Of a DNA stretch of 64,000 bases, positions 46,262 through 54,424 are shown piece by piece. Position 1 is the first letter of the stretch. Every line of letters begins with the position of its first letter. Source of the stretch: Oscillospiraceae bacterium. GTDB lineage: Bacteria > Bacillota > Clostridia > Oscillospirales > QAMX01. The position numbers and the translations under genes are program-made. The stretch spans positions 8,653 to 72,652 of the forward strand of contig SVLW01000001.1 of assembly GCA_015067705.1 (NCBI GenBank), read 5' to 3'. The notes under the pieces were generated by a model. The model made no database searches and was not told the DNA's origin. It was given only the letters and a program-made list of their open reading frames with translations.

Positions 46262-48550
46262 TTATTCGATATCCTCGTTGGAGGTATCCCTGATGAAGGT
46301 AACGGTCACCACAGTGCCGGCCTCCACAAAGGTCTGGGGCTCGATATCCTGGCCGGAGGACAGCACCAGCGATTCCTCGGAGGTATTGCCCACGGCACGG
46401 ATATAGAGATTGGAGTCTTTCAGCAGGCGGCGGATACCGCCCAGGGTCATGCCGGTGATATTCGGCACGCCCACCTGATGGCTGGGCTTATTGCCGCCCA
46501 TATAGATCACCATTTCCGCACTGCGGGGCACCACCGCGCCGATGACGGGCATCTGGTCAGTGACGAAGTCGCCGTCGCCCACCACGCGATAGCTCAGGGA
46601 CATTTCCTGGGCCTTCAGTTCCACCTCTTCCATGGTCATACCGGTGAAGTCCGGCGTGGTGACGTCCAGGGAGAGGAATTCTTCCTCGGTGTATTCCGGG
46701 GAAACGCCCAGATAATTCAGCGTGTTTTCAATCACTTCCGCGGCGTAGGGCGCGGCCAGCATATTGCCGGAGTGCGTCTCCGAAGTGGGCTGTTTCACAA
46801 GGATCAGCACGGCAATCTCGGGATCGTCTGCCGGAGCGAAAGCCAGGAAGGAGGAGATATACTGCTTATTGTCGGTCTCATTGGTGGAGGTAATAACGGT
46901 GGTACCGGTCTTGCCGCCTACCTTAAAGCCCTTGACATAGGCATTGGAGCCGGTACCCTCGGAAACCACCTTTTCAAGGGCGAAGCAGAGATCCTCTGAG
47001 GTCTTTTCGGTGATGACCTGACGCACGGCAACGGGATCAAAACTTTCCTTCACGGTGCCGTCTGCGCCCACGATCTGCTTGACGATATGGGGCTCATACA
47101 GGGTGCCGCCGTTGACACAGGCGGAAACCGCCGTGATCATCTGCAGCGGCGTGATATTGAAGGTCTGGCCGAAGGTGGAGGTGGCCAGAGAGATGGGGAT
47201 GGAATTCAAGTAAGACTCGTCATGATAAAGGGCCGAGGAACCGCCGCCCTCGCCAGGGAGGGTGATGCCGGTTTTCTGGGTAAAGCCGAAGGCCTGGAAG
47301 TATTTGAAGAAGGTGGAGCCGCCCAGACGCTGTCCCAGATCGATAAAGACGGGGTTACAGGAATTCATAACGCCTTCGATAAAGGTCTGGTTGGGGCCGT
47401 GGCCGGTATCATGCCAACAACCGATGGTGCGGTCATAAATCGTGACGGACTTGGCGCCGAAGCAGTTGAAGGAGTTGTCGTAAAGAGAGGTGACGCTCTC
47501 CTCCAGTGCCATGGCGGCGGTGATGATCTTGAAAACGGAGCCGGGCTCGTAAGTATCGCTTACCACGGCGTTGCCCCACATATCCTGCCGCACCGCGGAC
47601 ACCGCGGCGTCATATTCTTCGCCGGACAGCATGGAAAGACCCTCGTTGATATCGCCGTCCTGGATCACCAGCGGTTCATTGGGATCGAAATTCGGCTCGG
47701 AAGCCATGCCGAGGATCTCGGCGCTGTTCACGTCCATGACGATGCCCACCGCGCTGGATGCGCCGGCATTCTCTTTCGCGCTTTCCAGTGCCTTTTCCAG
47801 ATATCCCTGCACCACGCTGTCAATGGTCAGCACCACGCTGTCGCCGTCCTCGGCGTCATAGTACTGCTCATACTCAAAGGGCATATCCGTGCCCTTGGCG
47901 TTCTTTGCCGCGATAATGCGGCCCGGCGTGCCCTGCAGGGTCTCTTCATAGGTATACTCGATGCCGTAAAGACCGGTATTGTCCGTACCCACAAAGCCCA
48001 GGATCTGGGAGCCGGTGGAGCCGTAGGGATAATAGCGCTTGGTATCCTCTACCAGGAAGATCTCGCCGCTGAGCTTATTCTCCTGGATGAAGAGGCGCAC
48101 CTGATCCGCCACGTCGGATTCCACGCGCTTTTTGACGTATTCGTAGTAACTGCCGGTTTTCTGGGTTTTCTCGTAAATGGTGTCATAACTGACGTCCAGA
48201 AGGGCGGAGAGGCCGGAGGCCACCAGTTTTGCGGTCTCATGGGTCTCTTCGGTATCGTTTTTCTTCTCCATCTCCTGAATGTCGTGGGGAGAAATACAGA
48301 TAGTCTCCACCGTGGCACTGAGGGCCATGGCATTGCCGTTGCGGTCATAGATCGTACCGCGGGAGGGCGTCAGGATTTCGTTGCGGGTCTGCTGGGACAC
48401 CGCCTTCTGCTGGTATTCCTCATAGGCGATCACCTGCACCTGAAAGAGCTTCCCGATGAGGACCGCAAAGGCCAGAAATCCCAGCACCACCATGACAAAG
48501 GTGGTGCGCTTGAAAACAGAGGTGGTATTGAGTCCGCGCCATCTATCCAT
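46262..48550 (-). CDS. Class B penicillin-binding protein (FtsI/PBP2B/SpoVD-like) with two C-terminal PASTA domains
   Basis: N-terminal TM anchor and dimerisation domain. The transpeptidase motifs are SVFK, SCN and KTGT. Two PASTA repeats follow (TPDFTGMTMEE, VPNITGMTLGG). Confidence 0.85.
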   Translation of the reverse strand: MDRWRGLNTTSVFKRTTFVMVVLGFLAFAVLIGKLFQVQVIAYEEYQQKAVSQQTRNEILTPSRGTIYDRNGNAMALSATVETICISPHDIQEMEKKNDTEETHETAKLVASGLSALLDVSYDTIYEKTQKTGSYYEYVKKRVESDVADQVRLFIQENKLSGEIFLVEDTKRYYPYGSTGSQILGFVGTDNTGLYGIEYTYEETLQGTPGRIIAAKNAKGTDMPFEYEQYYDAEDGDSVVLTIDSVVQGYLEKALESAKENAGASSAVGIVMDVNSAEILGMASEPNFDPNEPLVIQDGDINEGLSMLSGEEYDAAVSAVRQDMWGNAVVSDTYEPGSVFKIITAAMALEESVTSLYDNSFNCFGAKSVTIYDRTIGCWHDTGHGPNQTFIEGVMNSCNPVFIDLGQRLGGSTFFKYFQAFGFTQKTGITLPGEGGGSSALYHDESYLNSIPISLATSTFGQTFNITPLQMITAVSACVNGGTLYEPHIVKQIVGADGTVKESFDPVAVRQVITEKTSEDLCFALEKVVSEGTGSNAYVKGFKVGGKTGTTVITSTNETDNKQYISSFLAFAPADDPEIAVLILVKQPTSETHSGNMLAAPYAAEVIENTLNYLGVSPEYTEEEFLSLDVTTPDFTGMTMEEVELKAQEMSLSYRVVGDGDFVTDQMPVIGAVVPRSAEMVIYMGGNKPSHQVGVPNITGMTLGGIRRLLKDSNLYIRAVGNTSEESLVLSSGQDIEPQTFVEAGTVVTVTFIRDTSNEDIE

Positions 48551-48728
48551 GAAATTGGGGCCTCCTTCCCCGAGAGTCGGTCACATAAGAGAGGGGCGAT
48601 TCCGCCGGTTCCTGCGAGAGCTGATACCCCGCAGGCTTCGTGTCTCGCCCCTGATGCTTCGTTTACGGTTTGCCGCATACCGTCCGGACGGTATGACCGG
48701 ACAGCCATGCTTTCATTATATACGCCCC

Positions 48729-49289
48729 TCAGGCCAGAAATTCCAGGAAATCCCGGAGTTTTTCGCCGATCTGCCGGAACAGTCCGGCGACCTTGTCCTC
48801 CTGATACGGCGTGATCATCGTGATGGTATCCGGATTGGAAAGCTCAATATACTCAATCATATTGCTCTCAAGCTTCACCATACCCAGATTGTTCACCGCG
48901 TACGTTTCAATGTCATTGAGAATATAGCGTTCGTCAAATTTCTTCTGCAGAATGATCTCCTCGTTCTGCAGTTCCTCCAGCTGGACGTTCAGCTTGGAAA
49001 GATCCTCCGTGAGGATGGTCAGATTCATGTAATTGCTGATGAGCAGCACCGCCAGACCGGCGATCAGGCAGTACATCAAAAGAAGACCCAGAGAGAGGCG
49101 GGAGCGCGTCGGCGCCTCCTCCCGGCGGCGCTGCGCCGGATGAGCGTCCGGGTCGGCCTGCACCGCCCGCTGCACGCTGCGGCGGCGGTCAAAGCGGGAG
49201 AGATCGCTGGCGACACGGCCGGGCGCGGAGGGTGCGGCGTCGGTATTCACATATTTGCCGTACTCTTCCAGAACCTTACTGTTGTCCAC
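48729..49289 (-). CDS. ftsL: Cell division protein FtsL-like (septum formation initiator)
   Basis: One TM helix is followed by a coiled coil and ETYAVNNLGMVKLE. It lies between rsmH and the PBP gene. The track start is TTG 49307, but GTG 49289 has AGGAGGA 6 nt upstream. The N-terminal tail is unusually long. Confidence 0.65.
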   Translation of the reverse strand: MDNSKVLEEYGKYVNTDAAPSAPGRVASDLSRFDRRRSVQRAVQADPDAHPAQRRREEAPTRSRLSLGLLLMYCLIAGLAVLLISNYMNLTILTEDLSKLNVQLEELQNEEIILQKKFDERYILNDIETYAVNNLGMVKLESNMIEYIELSNPDTITMITPYQEDKVAGLFRQIGEKLRDFLEFLA

Positions 49290-49324
49290 GGTCGATCCTC
49301 CTGTCAAAAAAATTGGGGATGTGC

Positions 49325-50245
49325 TCAGAGCTTCTCCGCGATCCGGAGCTTTGCGCTGCGGGAGCGGGGGTTTTCTTCCAGTTCCTGCGCCGAGGGCAGG
49401 ATGGGTTTATTCGTAATGATCTTCACCTGGGGCTTTGCACCGCAGACGCACACCGGGAAATCCGGCGGGCAGGTGCAGCCGTTTGCCAGTTTCTTAAAGC
49501 CGGACTTCACGATCCGGTCCTCCAGAGAATGGAAGGTGATCACCAGCACACGTCCGCCGGGCTTTAAGAGGCCTACGGCGGCGGAAAGCGCCTGTTCCAC
49601 GGCGCCCAGTTCGTCGTTCACGGCGATGCGGATGGCCTGGAACGTCCGCTTGGCGGGATGCTGTTTTTCCCGCTTGGCATTGGGAATGGCAGACGCCACG
49701 ATGCCGGCAAGTTCCAGCGTGGAGGCAATGGGCTTCTGCTCCCGGGCCCGCACAATGGAAGAGGCCACGGGCCCTGCAAAGCGTTCCTCGCCGTAATCGG
49801 CGATGATCCGGCGCAGTTCCTCACGGGAATACTCATTCACCACGTCATAGGCGGAGAGTCCCGCGGAGCGGTCCATACGCATATCAAGCGTGGCGTCGTG
49901 CATATAGGAGAAGCCCCGGGAGGGCTCATCCAACTGGAAGGACGACACGCCCAGATCAAAGAGGATCCCGTCCACAGGCTCCTGAATATGCTGTGCCATA
50001 TCGCGGAAATTCGTTTTGATGAGACGCACCCGCTGGCCAAACGGCGCGAGCCGCTCCCCGGCCACTGCCAGGGCATCGTCATCCTGATCAAGACCATAAA
50101 GCCGTCCCGTCTCAAGACGCCGGGCAATGCTGGACGAATGTCCCGCGCCGCCCAGGGTCGCATCCACATAGACGCCGTCCGGCCGGATCATAAGTCCCTC
50201 GATACACTCGTCGTGCAGGACACTGACATGGTGAAATTCCGCCAT
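49325..50245 (-). CDS. rsmH: 16S rRNA (cytosine1402-N4)-methyltransferase
   Basis: [38 protein letters not shown] and [12 protein letters not shown]. Confidence 0.9.
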   Translation of the reverse strand: MAEFHHVSVLHDECIEGLMIRPDGVYVDATLGGAGHSSSIARRLETGRLYGLDQDDDALAVAGERLAPFGQRVRLIKTNFRDMAQHIQEPVDGILFDLGVSSFQLDEPSRGFSYMHDATLDMRMDRSAGLSAYDVVNEYSREELRRIIADYGEERFAGPVASSIVRAREQKPIASTLELAGIVASAIPNAKREKQHPAKRTFQAIRIAVNDELGAVEQALSAAVGLLKPGGRVLVITFHSLEDRIVKSGFKKLANGCTCPPDFPVCVCGAKPQVKIITNKPILPSAQELEENPRSRSAKLRIAEKL

Positions 50246-50350
50246 ACTTCCCTCTCTTGAAAACGCAGAAACGTACCGTCCTGATTCTACCAGACGGCAC
50301 GCTGCGTAATCTACCGTGTTTTCTTGAAGTTTCTGTAAAATCCTGCCGCC

Positions 50351-50824
50351 TTATCGGGCAGCGCTCTGACCGGCTGCTGCCTTGAACTGCTGACGGATCT
50401 GGCGCAGCTCCTCCAGAGTGGAGGTGACCGTTTCTTCGGTCTGCTTCAGAATTTCGTCGCAATAGCTGCTGGCGGCCAGCTTCAGCTCGCGGGACTTGGT
50501 CTCTGCGTTATTGAGGATCTCGGTGGCCTTCTGTCTGGCCTGCACCACGATCTCGTCGTTATTCACCATCTGCGCGGCCTTTTCCTCGGCCTGCTTGCGG
50601 ATGGATTCGGCCTCGCGCTTGCCCTCCGCCAGAAGCTCGTTGCGCTTGTCCACCACGTCACGGGCAGCCTTGATCTCGCCGGGGAGATTCACACGCAGCT
50701 CGTCCAGGATGTCCAGCACACGCTCGCGCTCGATCAGGCACTTGTCACGGCCAAGGGGCATGCTCCATGCCTCTTCCACCATACCATACAATACATCAAT
50801 CAGTTCGTCGATTCCGCCTGCCAT
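50351..50824 (-). CDS. Hypothetical coiled-coil protein (ATPase subunit b/H-like heptad region)
   Basis: Predominantly charged helical sequence (KREAESIRKQAEEKAAQM...). ATG 50824 has AGGAAAGGA upstream. No catalytic motif is seen. Confidence 0.45.
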   Translation of the reverse strand: MAGGIDELIDVLYGMVEEAWSMPLGRDKCLIERERVLDILDELRVNLPGEIKAARDVVDKRNELLAEGKREAESIRKQAEEKAAQMVNNDEIVVQARQKATEILNNAETKSRELKLAASSYCDEILKQTEETVTSTLEELRQIRQQFKAAAGQSAAR

Positions 50825-50872
50825 AAAACACATTCCTTTCCTGTAAACTGCCGTCATTTGACGAAACAGCCA

Positions 50873-51358
50873 TTATTTTCTTAATTTATCAATGACGCGC
50901 TTTTGTATCTTCAACGGCACAAAGTCCGAAATATCTCCGCCATAGCGGCCCAGATCCCGCACCAGACTGGAGCTTAAATACATATACCGTTCGCTGGTCA
51001 TGAGAAACGCCGTATCCAGCCGGTGGTTGATCTTCCGGTTGGCCAGAGCCATCTGGAATTCGTATTCAAAGTCCGACACGGCCCGGAGACCCTTGATCAC
51101 GGTCGTGGCGCCGATGGACTGGGCAAAATCGGCCAGAAGTCCATCAAAGGACGTCACCTCGATCTCACAGCCCGGCACCTTGGGAATGGAATCCCGGATC
51201 AGCTCCACACGTTCCTCTACGGTAAAGAGCGGGGTTTTGCTGGAATTATTCAATACCGCCACCACCAGACGGTCAAAAATATTGGCCGCACGGATGATGA
51301 TGTCCAGATGTCCGTTTGTGATAGGGTCAAAGCTGCCCGGATACACCGCTGTCTTCAT
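50873..51358 (-). CDS. coaD: Phosphopantetheine adenylyltransferase
   Basis: MKTAVYPGSFDPITNGHLDII, TVIKGLRAVSDFEYE and SSSLVR. ATG 51358 lies 32 nt inside the rsmD 3' end. Confidence 0.9.
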   Translation of the reverse strand: MKTAVYPGSFDPITNGHLDIIIRAANIFDRLVVAVLNNSSKTPLFTVEERVELIRDSIPKVPGCEIEVTSFDGLLADFAQSIGATTVIKGLRAVSDFEYEFQMALANRKINHRLDTAFLMTSERYMYLSSSLVRDLGRYGGDISDFVPLKIQKRVIDKLRK

Positions 51359-51914
51359 GTTCTTCACCCTGAATCTTCATAAACAATGTGATTTTGGTTC
51401 TGCCATAGACATATTCGCGGCCTTTGGTATAGGCGCCGATCGGCTCGGGGAGTTCGTCGTCCCGGTCGCCCTCGCACACGATCAGTCCGCCGTAATAAAG
51501 CAGGTCACGGCGCATGATCTGGGACACGGCCTGCTTCAGCATGCCGGTCTCATACGGGGGATCCAGGAAAATCAGGCCAAAGCTCTCGGGCGGAGCTTTT
51601 TTGATATAGTTGCGGAAGTCCGTGGTCTCCACGGTGGCCACATCCAGGAACTTCGTATGCTCCAGGTTTTTGCGGATCGCGGCGGCGCAGTCCCGGCGGG
51701 TATCCACAAACACGGCGGATTCCGCACCGCGGCTTAATGCCTCGATGCCCATCTGACCGGTGCCGGCGAAAAGATCCAGCACGCGGCGGCCCTCGATATC
51801 AAACTGGATACTGTTGAAAATGCTCTCCTTGGTACGCTGGGACGTGGGGCGGGTCTCAAGGCCCTCCACGGACACCAGATTGCGTCCTCTTGCGGAGCCG
51901 GTGATTACTTTCAT
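51327..51914 (-). CDS. rsmD: 16S rRNA (guanine966-N2)-methyltransferase
   Basis: ITGSARGRNL, TRPTSQRTKESIFN, VLDLFAGTGQMGIEALSRGA and IFLDPPY. Confidence 0.85.
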   Translation of the reverse strand: MKVITGSARGRNLVSVEGLETRPTSQRTKESIFNSIQFDIEGRRVLDLFAGTGQMGIEALSRGAESAVFVDTRRDCAAAIRKNLEHTKFLDVATVETTDFRNYIKKAPPESFGLIFLDPPYETGMLKQAVSQIMRRDLLYYGGLIVCEGDRDDELPEPIGAYTKGREYVYGRTKITLFMKIQGEEHEDSGVSGQL

Positions 51915-53729
51915 TTAACCATCCTCATTATGAAAAAATCGATACACGGATGCGGCGGCACTTTTGGGCAGGAAACGCTCCAGCTCGTGGAGGTCCGCCG
52001 TGCGGATCGCATCAATGCTTTTATAGTGAGCCAGCAGGGCATCGCGCCGCTTGGGGCCGATGCCGTCTATTTCATCCAGCATGGAATGCAGGCTGTCACG
52101 CAGGTTGCGGTGGTAGGAGATGACGAAGCGGTGCACCTCCTCCTGAATGGTGCCGATGAAGGAGAACACAGCCGGATTGGTGCTGATGCCGGTTTCCTGG
52201 CCGAATTCATCCACAATGGCACGGGTGCGGTGGCGGCTGTCCTTCACCATGCCGCGCACTTCACACTGCACGCCCATGGCCCGGATGGCCTCCAGCGCCG
52301 CGTGGACATGGCCCACGCCGCCGTCTATTAAAATCAGATCGGGCATCACGGAGAACTTCTCATCGCCTTCCAGCAAGTGCTTGAAACGGCGAGTGAGCAT
52401 CTGCGCCATAGCAGCATAGTCGTTTTGCCCTTCGAGATCACGAATTTTGAATTTCCGGTAAGAATTGCGCTTTGGCCTGGCGTTTTCAAACACCACCATG
52501 GCGCCCACGGTGTCCTCACCGGCAGTATTGGAGATATCATAGGCCTCGATGCGATTGGGCTTTTTCGAAAGCGACAGCATCTTCTGGAGCAGGTCTCCGA
52601 TCTTGGCCTGACGTTCTTTTCTGGCCGTGGCGCGCTCCGCCTCGTCGCGGGCGTTGACATAGGCCATATTGGTAAAGCGCTTGCGATCCCGTCCCGGGCC
52701 CATGACGGACACCTTGTGTCCGGCGATGGACTCCAGCCACTGCTCCGTCAGTTCCTGATCCTCCGGCACGGTGCTGCAGACAATCTCCCGGGGAATATCC
52801 GCGGCATTTTCATAATAACGCTTGATGAAATCATCCATCAGCGCGGGGATCTCGCTCTCGTCCGCGGCATCCAGCATCTGGACGTCCTTGGCGTAAAGCG
52901 TGCCGCCCATATAATGGAGCACCACGGCACAGCTCTTCACCGAGCCGGCATAGAAACCGATGATATCGGTATCCGGCGCTCTGGCCGCCACCACTTTCTG
53001 GCGGTCGCCCACTTTCTCAAGAGCACGCAGACGATCCCGCAGGCGGGCCGCCTTTTCAAATTCCAGTGCTTCCGCGGCATCCTCCATTTCCTGACGAAGC
53101 TCCCGGGCCAGCTTTTCATAGCTGCCTTCCAGCAGCATCACGGCCTGGTCCACCAAAGCACGGTACTCCTCATAGGGAATCCCGGTGCAGACGCCCACGC
53201 ATTTGCCCAGCTGGTAATTCAGGCAGGGCCGGTCGCGGCCGATATCCTTGGGGAAGCTGCGCTTGCAGGTGGGGAGGCGGAAGGTGGAGGTGACGATATC
53301 GATGACTTCGTGGGCCACGGTTCTGCCCCGATAGGGGCCAAAATACCGGGCGCCGTCATCCCCGACCGCGGGCACCAGAGAAAAGCTCACATACGGCAGT
53401 CTCGTGTCCACCCGGATGAAGGGATAACCCTTGTCGTCTTTTAAGAGGATATTGTATTTCGGCATATGGCGCTTGATGAGGGTGTTTTCCAGCACCAGCG
53501 CTTCCCATTCCGTGGTGGTGATGATGACCTCGAAGTTGTCCACATGGGACAGCATGGTCTCGGTCTTGATGCCGTGATTGCCGGTGTTCAGAAAATAACT
53601 GGACACCCGGTTCCTCAGTTTTTTGGCCTTGCCCACATAGATGATCACGCCGTCGCGGTCCTTCATCTGATAGACGCCGGGACGCATCGGCAGGGCATTT
53701 GCTTTTGCGCGAAGTTCTTTTAATTCCAT
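51915..53729 (-). CDS. uvrC: Excinuclease ABC subunit C
   Basis: GIY-YIG N-terminus (PGVYQMKDRDGVIIYVGKAKKLRNRVSSYF), a UVR domain (EFEKAARLRDRLRAL), an endonuclease domain and a C-terminal HhH. The stop abuts the rsmD ATG. Confidence 0.9.
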   Translation of the reverse strand: MELKELRAKANALPMRPGVYQMKDRDGVIIYVGKAKKLRNRVSSYFLNTGNHGIKTETMLSHVDNFEVIITTTEWEALVLENTLIKRHMPKYNILLKDDKGYPFIRVDTRLPYVSFSLVPAVGDDGARYFGPYRGRTVAHEVIDIVTSTFRLPTCKRSFPKDIGRDRPCLNYQLGKCVGVCTGIPYEEYRALVDQAVMLLEGSYEKLARELRQEMEDAAEALEFEKAARLRDRLRALEKVGDRQKVVAARAPDTDIIGFYAGSVKSCAVVLHYMGGTLYAKDVQMLDAADESEIPALMDDFIKRYYENAADIPREIVCSTVPEDQELTEQWLESIAGHKVSVMGPGRDRKRFTNMAYVNARDEAERATARKERQAKIGDLLQKMLSLSKKPNRIEAYDISNTAGEDTVGAMVVFENARPKRNSYRKFKIRDLEGQNDYAAMAQMLTRRFKHLLEGDEKFSVMPDLILIDGGVGHVHAALEAIRAMGVQCEVRGMVKDSRHRTRAIVDEFGQETGISTNPAVFSFIGTIQEEVHRFVISYHRNLRDSLHSMLDEIDGIGPKRRDALLAHYKSIDAIRTADLHELERFLPKSAAASVYRFFHNEDG

Positions 53730-53767
53730 AGCACCAACCTGTCGGGCAGAAATACATACCCGACGAT

Positions 53768-53796
53768 ATTGTACCCCATATCCCCCGAAAAGTCAA
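53768..53796 (-). promoter_or_regulatory. Sigma-A promoter candidate for uvrC
   Basis: Minus strand: TTGACT (53796-53791), 17 nt, TACAAT (53773-53768). Confidence 0.5.
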
Positions 53797-53914
53797 ACAA
53801 TTTCGGAAATGATAGGGGATGTTTCGTGACATTCTCTAAAAAAACCGGGCAGATTCCGCTATTTTTCAAGGAGCACCACAAAGCCCGGCCATATTTCAGA
53901 GAATCTGCGGCATG

Positions 53915-53950
53915 AAAAACCGCCCGGACGGCGAAATGCCATCCGGGCGG
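53915..53950 (-). terminator. Terminator after the HPr-like gene
   Basis: Minus strand: CCGCCCGGA-tggcatttcgccg-TCCGGGCGG followed by TTTTT. Confidence 0.8.
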
Positions 53951-53967
53951 TGAATCTTCTGCGATTC

Positions 53968-54231
53968 TTATTCAGCAGTTTCGGAGCTGACCAGCTCCAC
54001 GAGAGCCATGACGGCCTCCTGCTCATCGGCGCCCTCTGCGAGGATCGTGATGGCAGTACCCTTGGTGATGCCCAGAGACAAAATACCCAGCAGGCTCTTG
54101 GCGTTGACGCGGCGCTCGCCCTTTTCAACCCAAACCGTGCTTCTGTATTCATTCGCCTTCTGCACAAAGTACGTTGCGGGACGTGCATACAAACCAACCT
54201 GGTTGATAACTTCTACATCCTTAGAAAACAT
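53968..54231 (-). CDS. HPr-family phosphocarrier-like protein with Tyr in place of His15 and Ser46 retained (Crh-like)
   Basis: MFSKDVEVINQVGLYARPATYFVQKANEY...RVNAKSLLGILSLGITKG aligns with HPr (GIHARPAT...VNLKSIMGVMSLG) and Crh (GLQARPAA...VNAKSIMGLMSL). ATG 54231 follows AGGAG, and the track start is a TTG. Confidence 0.8.
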   Translation of the reverse strand: MFSKDVEVINQVGLYARPATYFVQKANEYRSTVWVEKGERRVNAKSLLGILSLGITKGTAITILAEGADEQEAVMALVELVSSETAE

Positions 54232-54327
54232 AAACAACGCTCCTGTCTATCGTTTGATGATCGGGAATGATCGCGTACGACGGAACTTGTTTGGAATCCC
54301 GCCGGAGAATGATATACTCACAATTAC

Positions 54328-54356
54328 ATTATATACACCAAATGATTCGTTTGCAA
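54328..54356 (-). promoter_or_regulatory. Sigma-A promoter candidate for the HPr-like gene
   Basis: Minus strand: TTGCAA (54356-54351), 17 nt, TATAAT (54333-54328). Confidence 0.5.
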
Positions 54357-54424
54357 TCGTCATTTTCCATAATCTTGGGTGAAATCTGTCCTGGAATTTC
54401 GCCCACCAGGTAAATTTTGACGAA

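Noticed and set aside
54342-54355. A cre-like (CcpA) site, TGCAAACGAATCAT, overlapping the -35 of the HPr-like gene.
   Set aside because: It fits only the loosest cre consensus and fails the palindromic right half (TNWCA). That is too weak to call.
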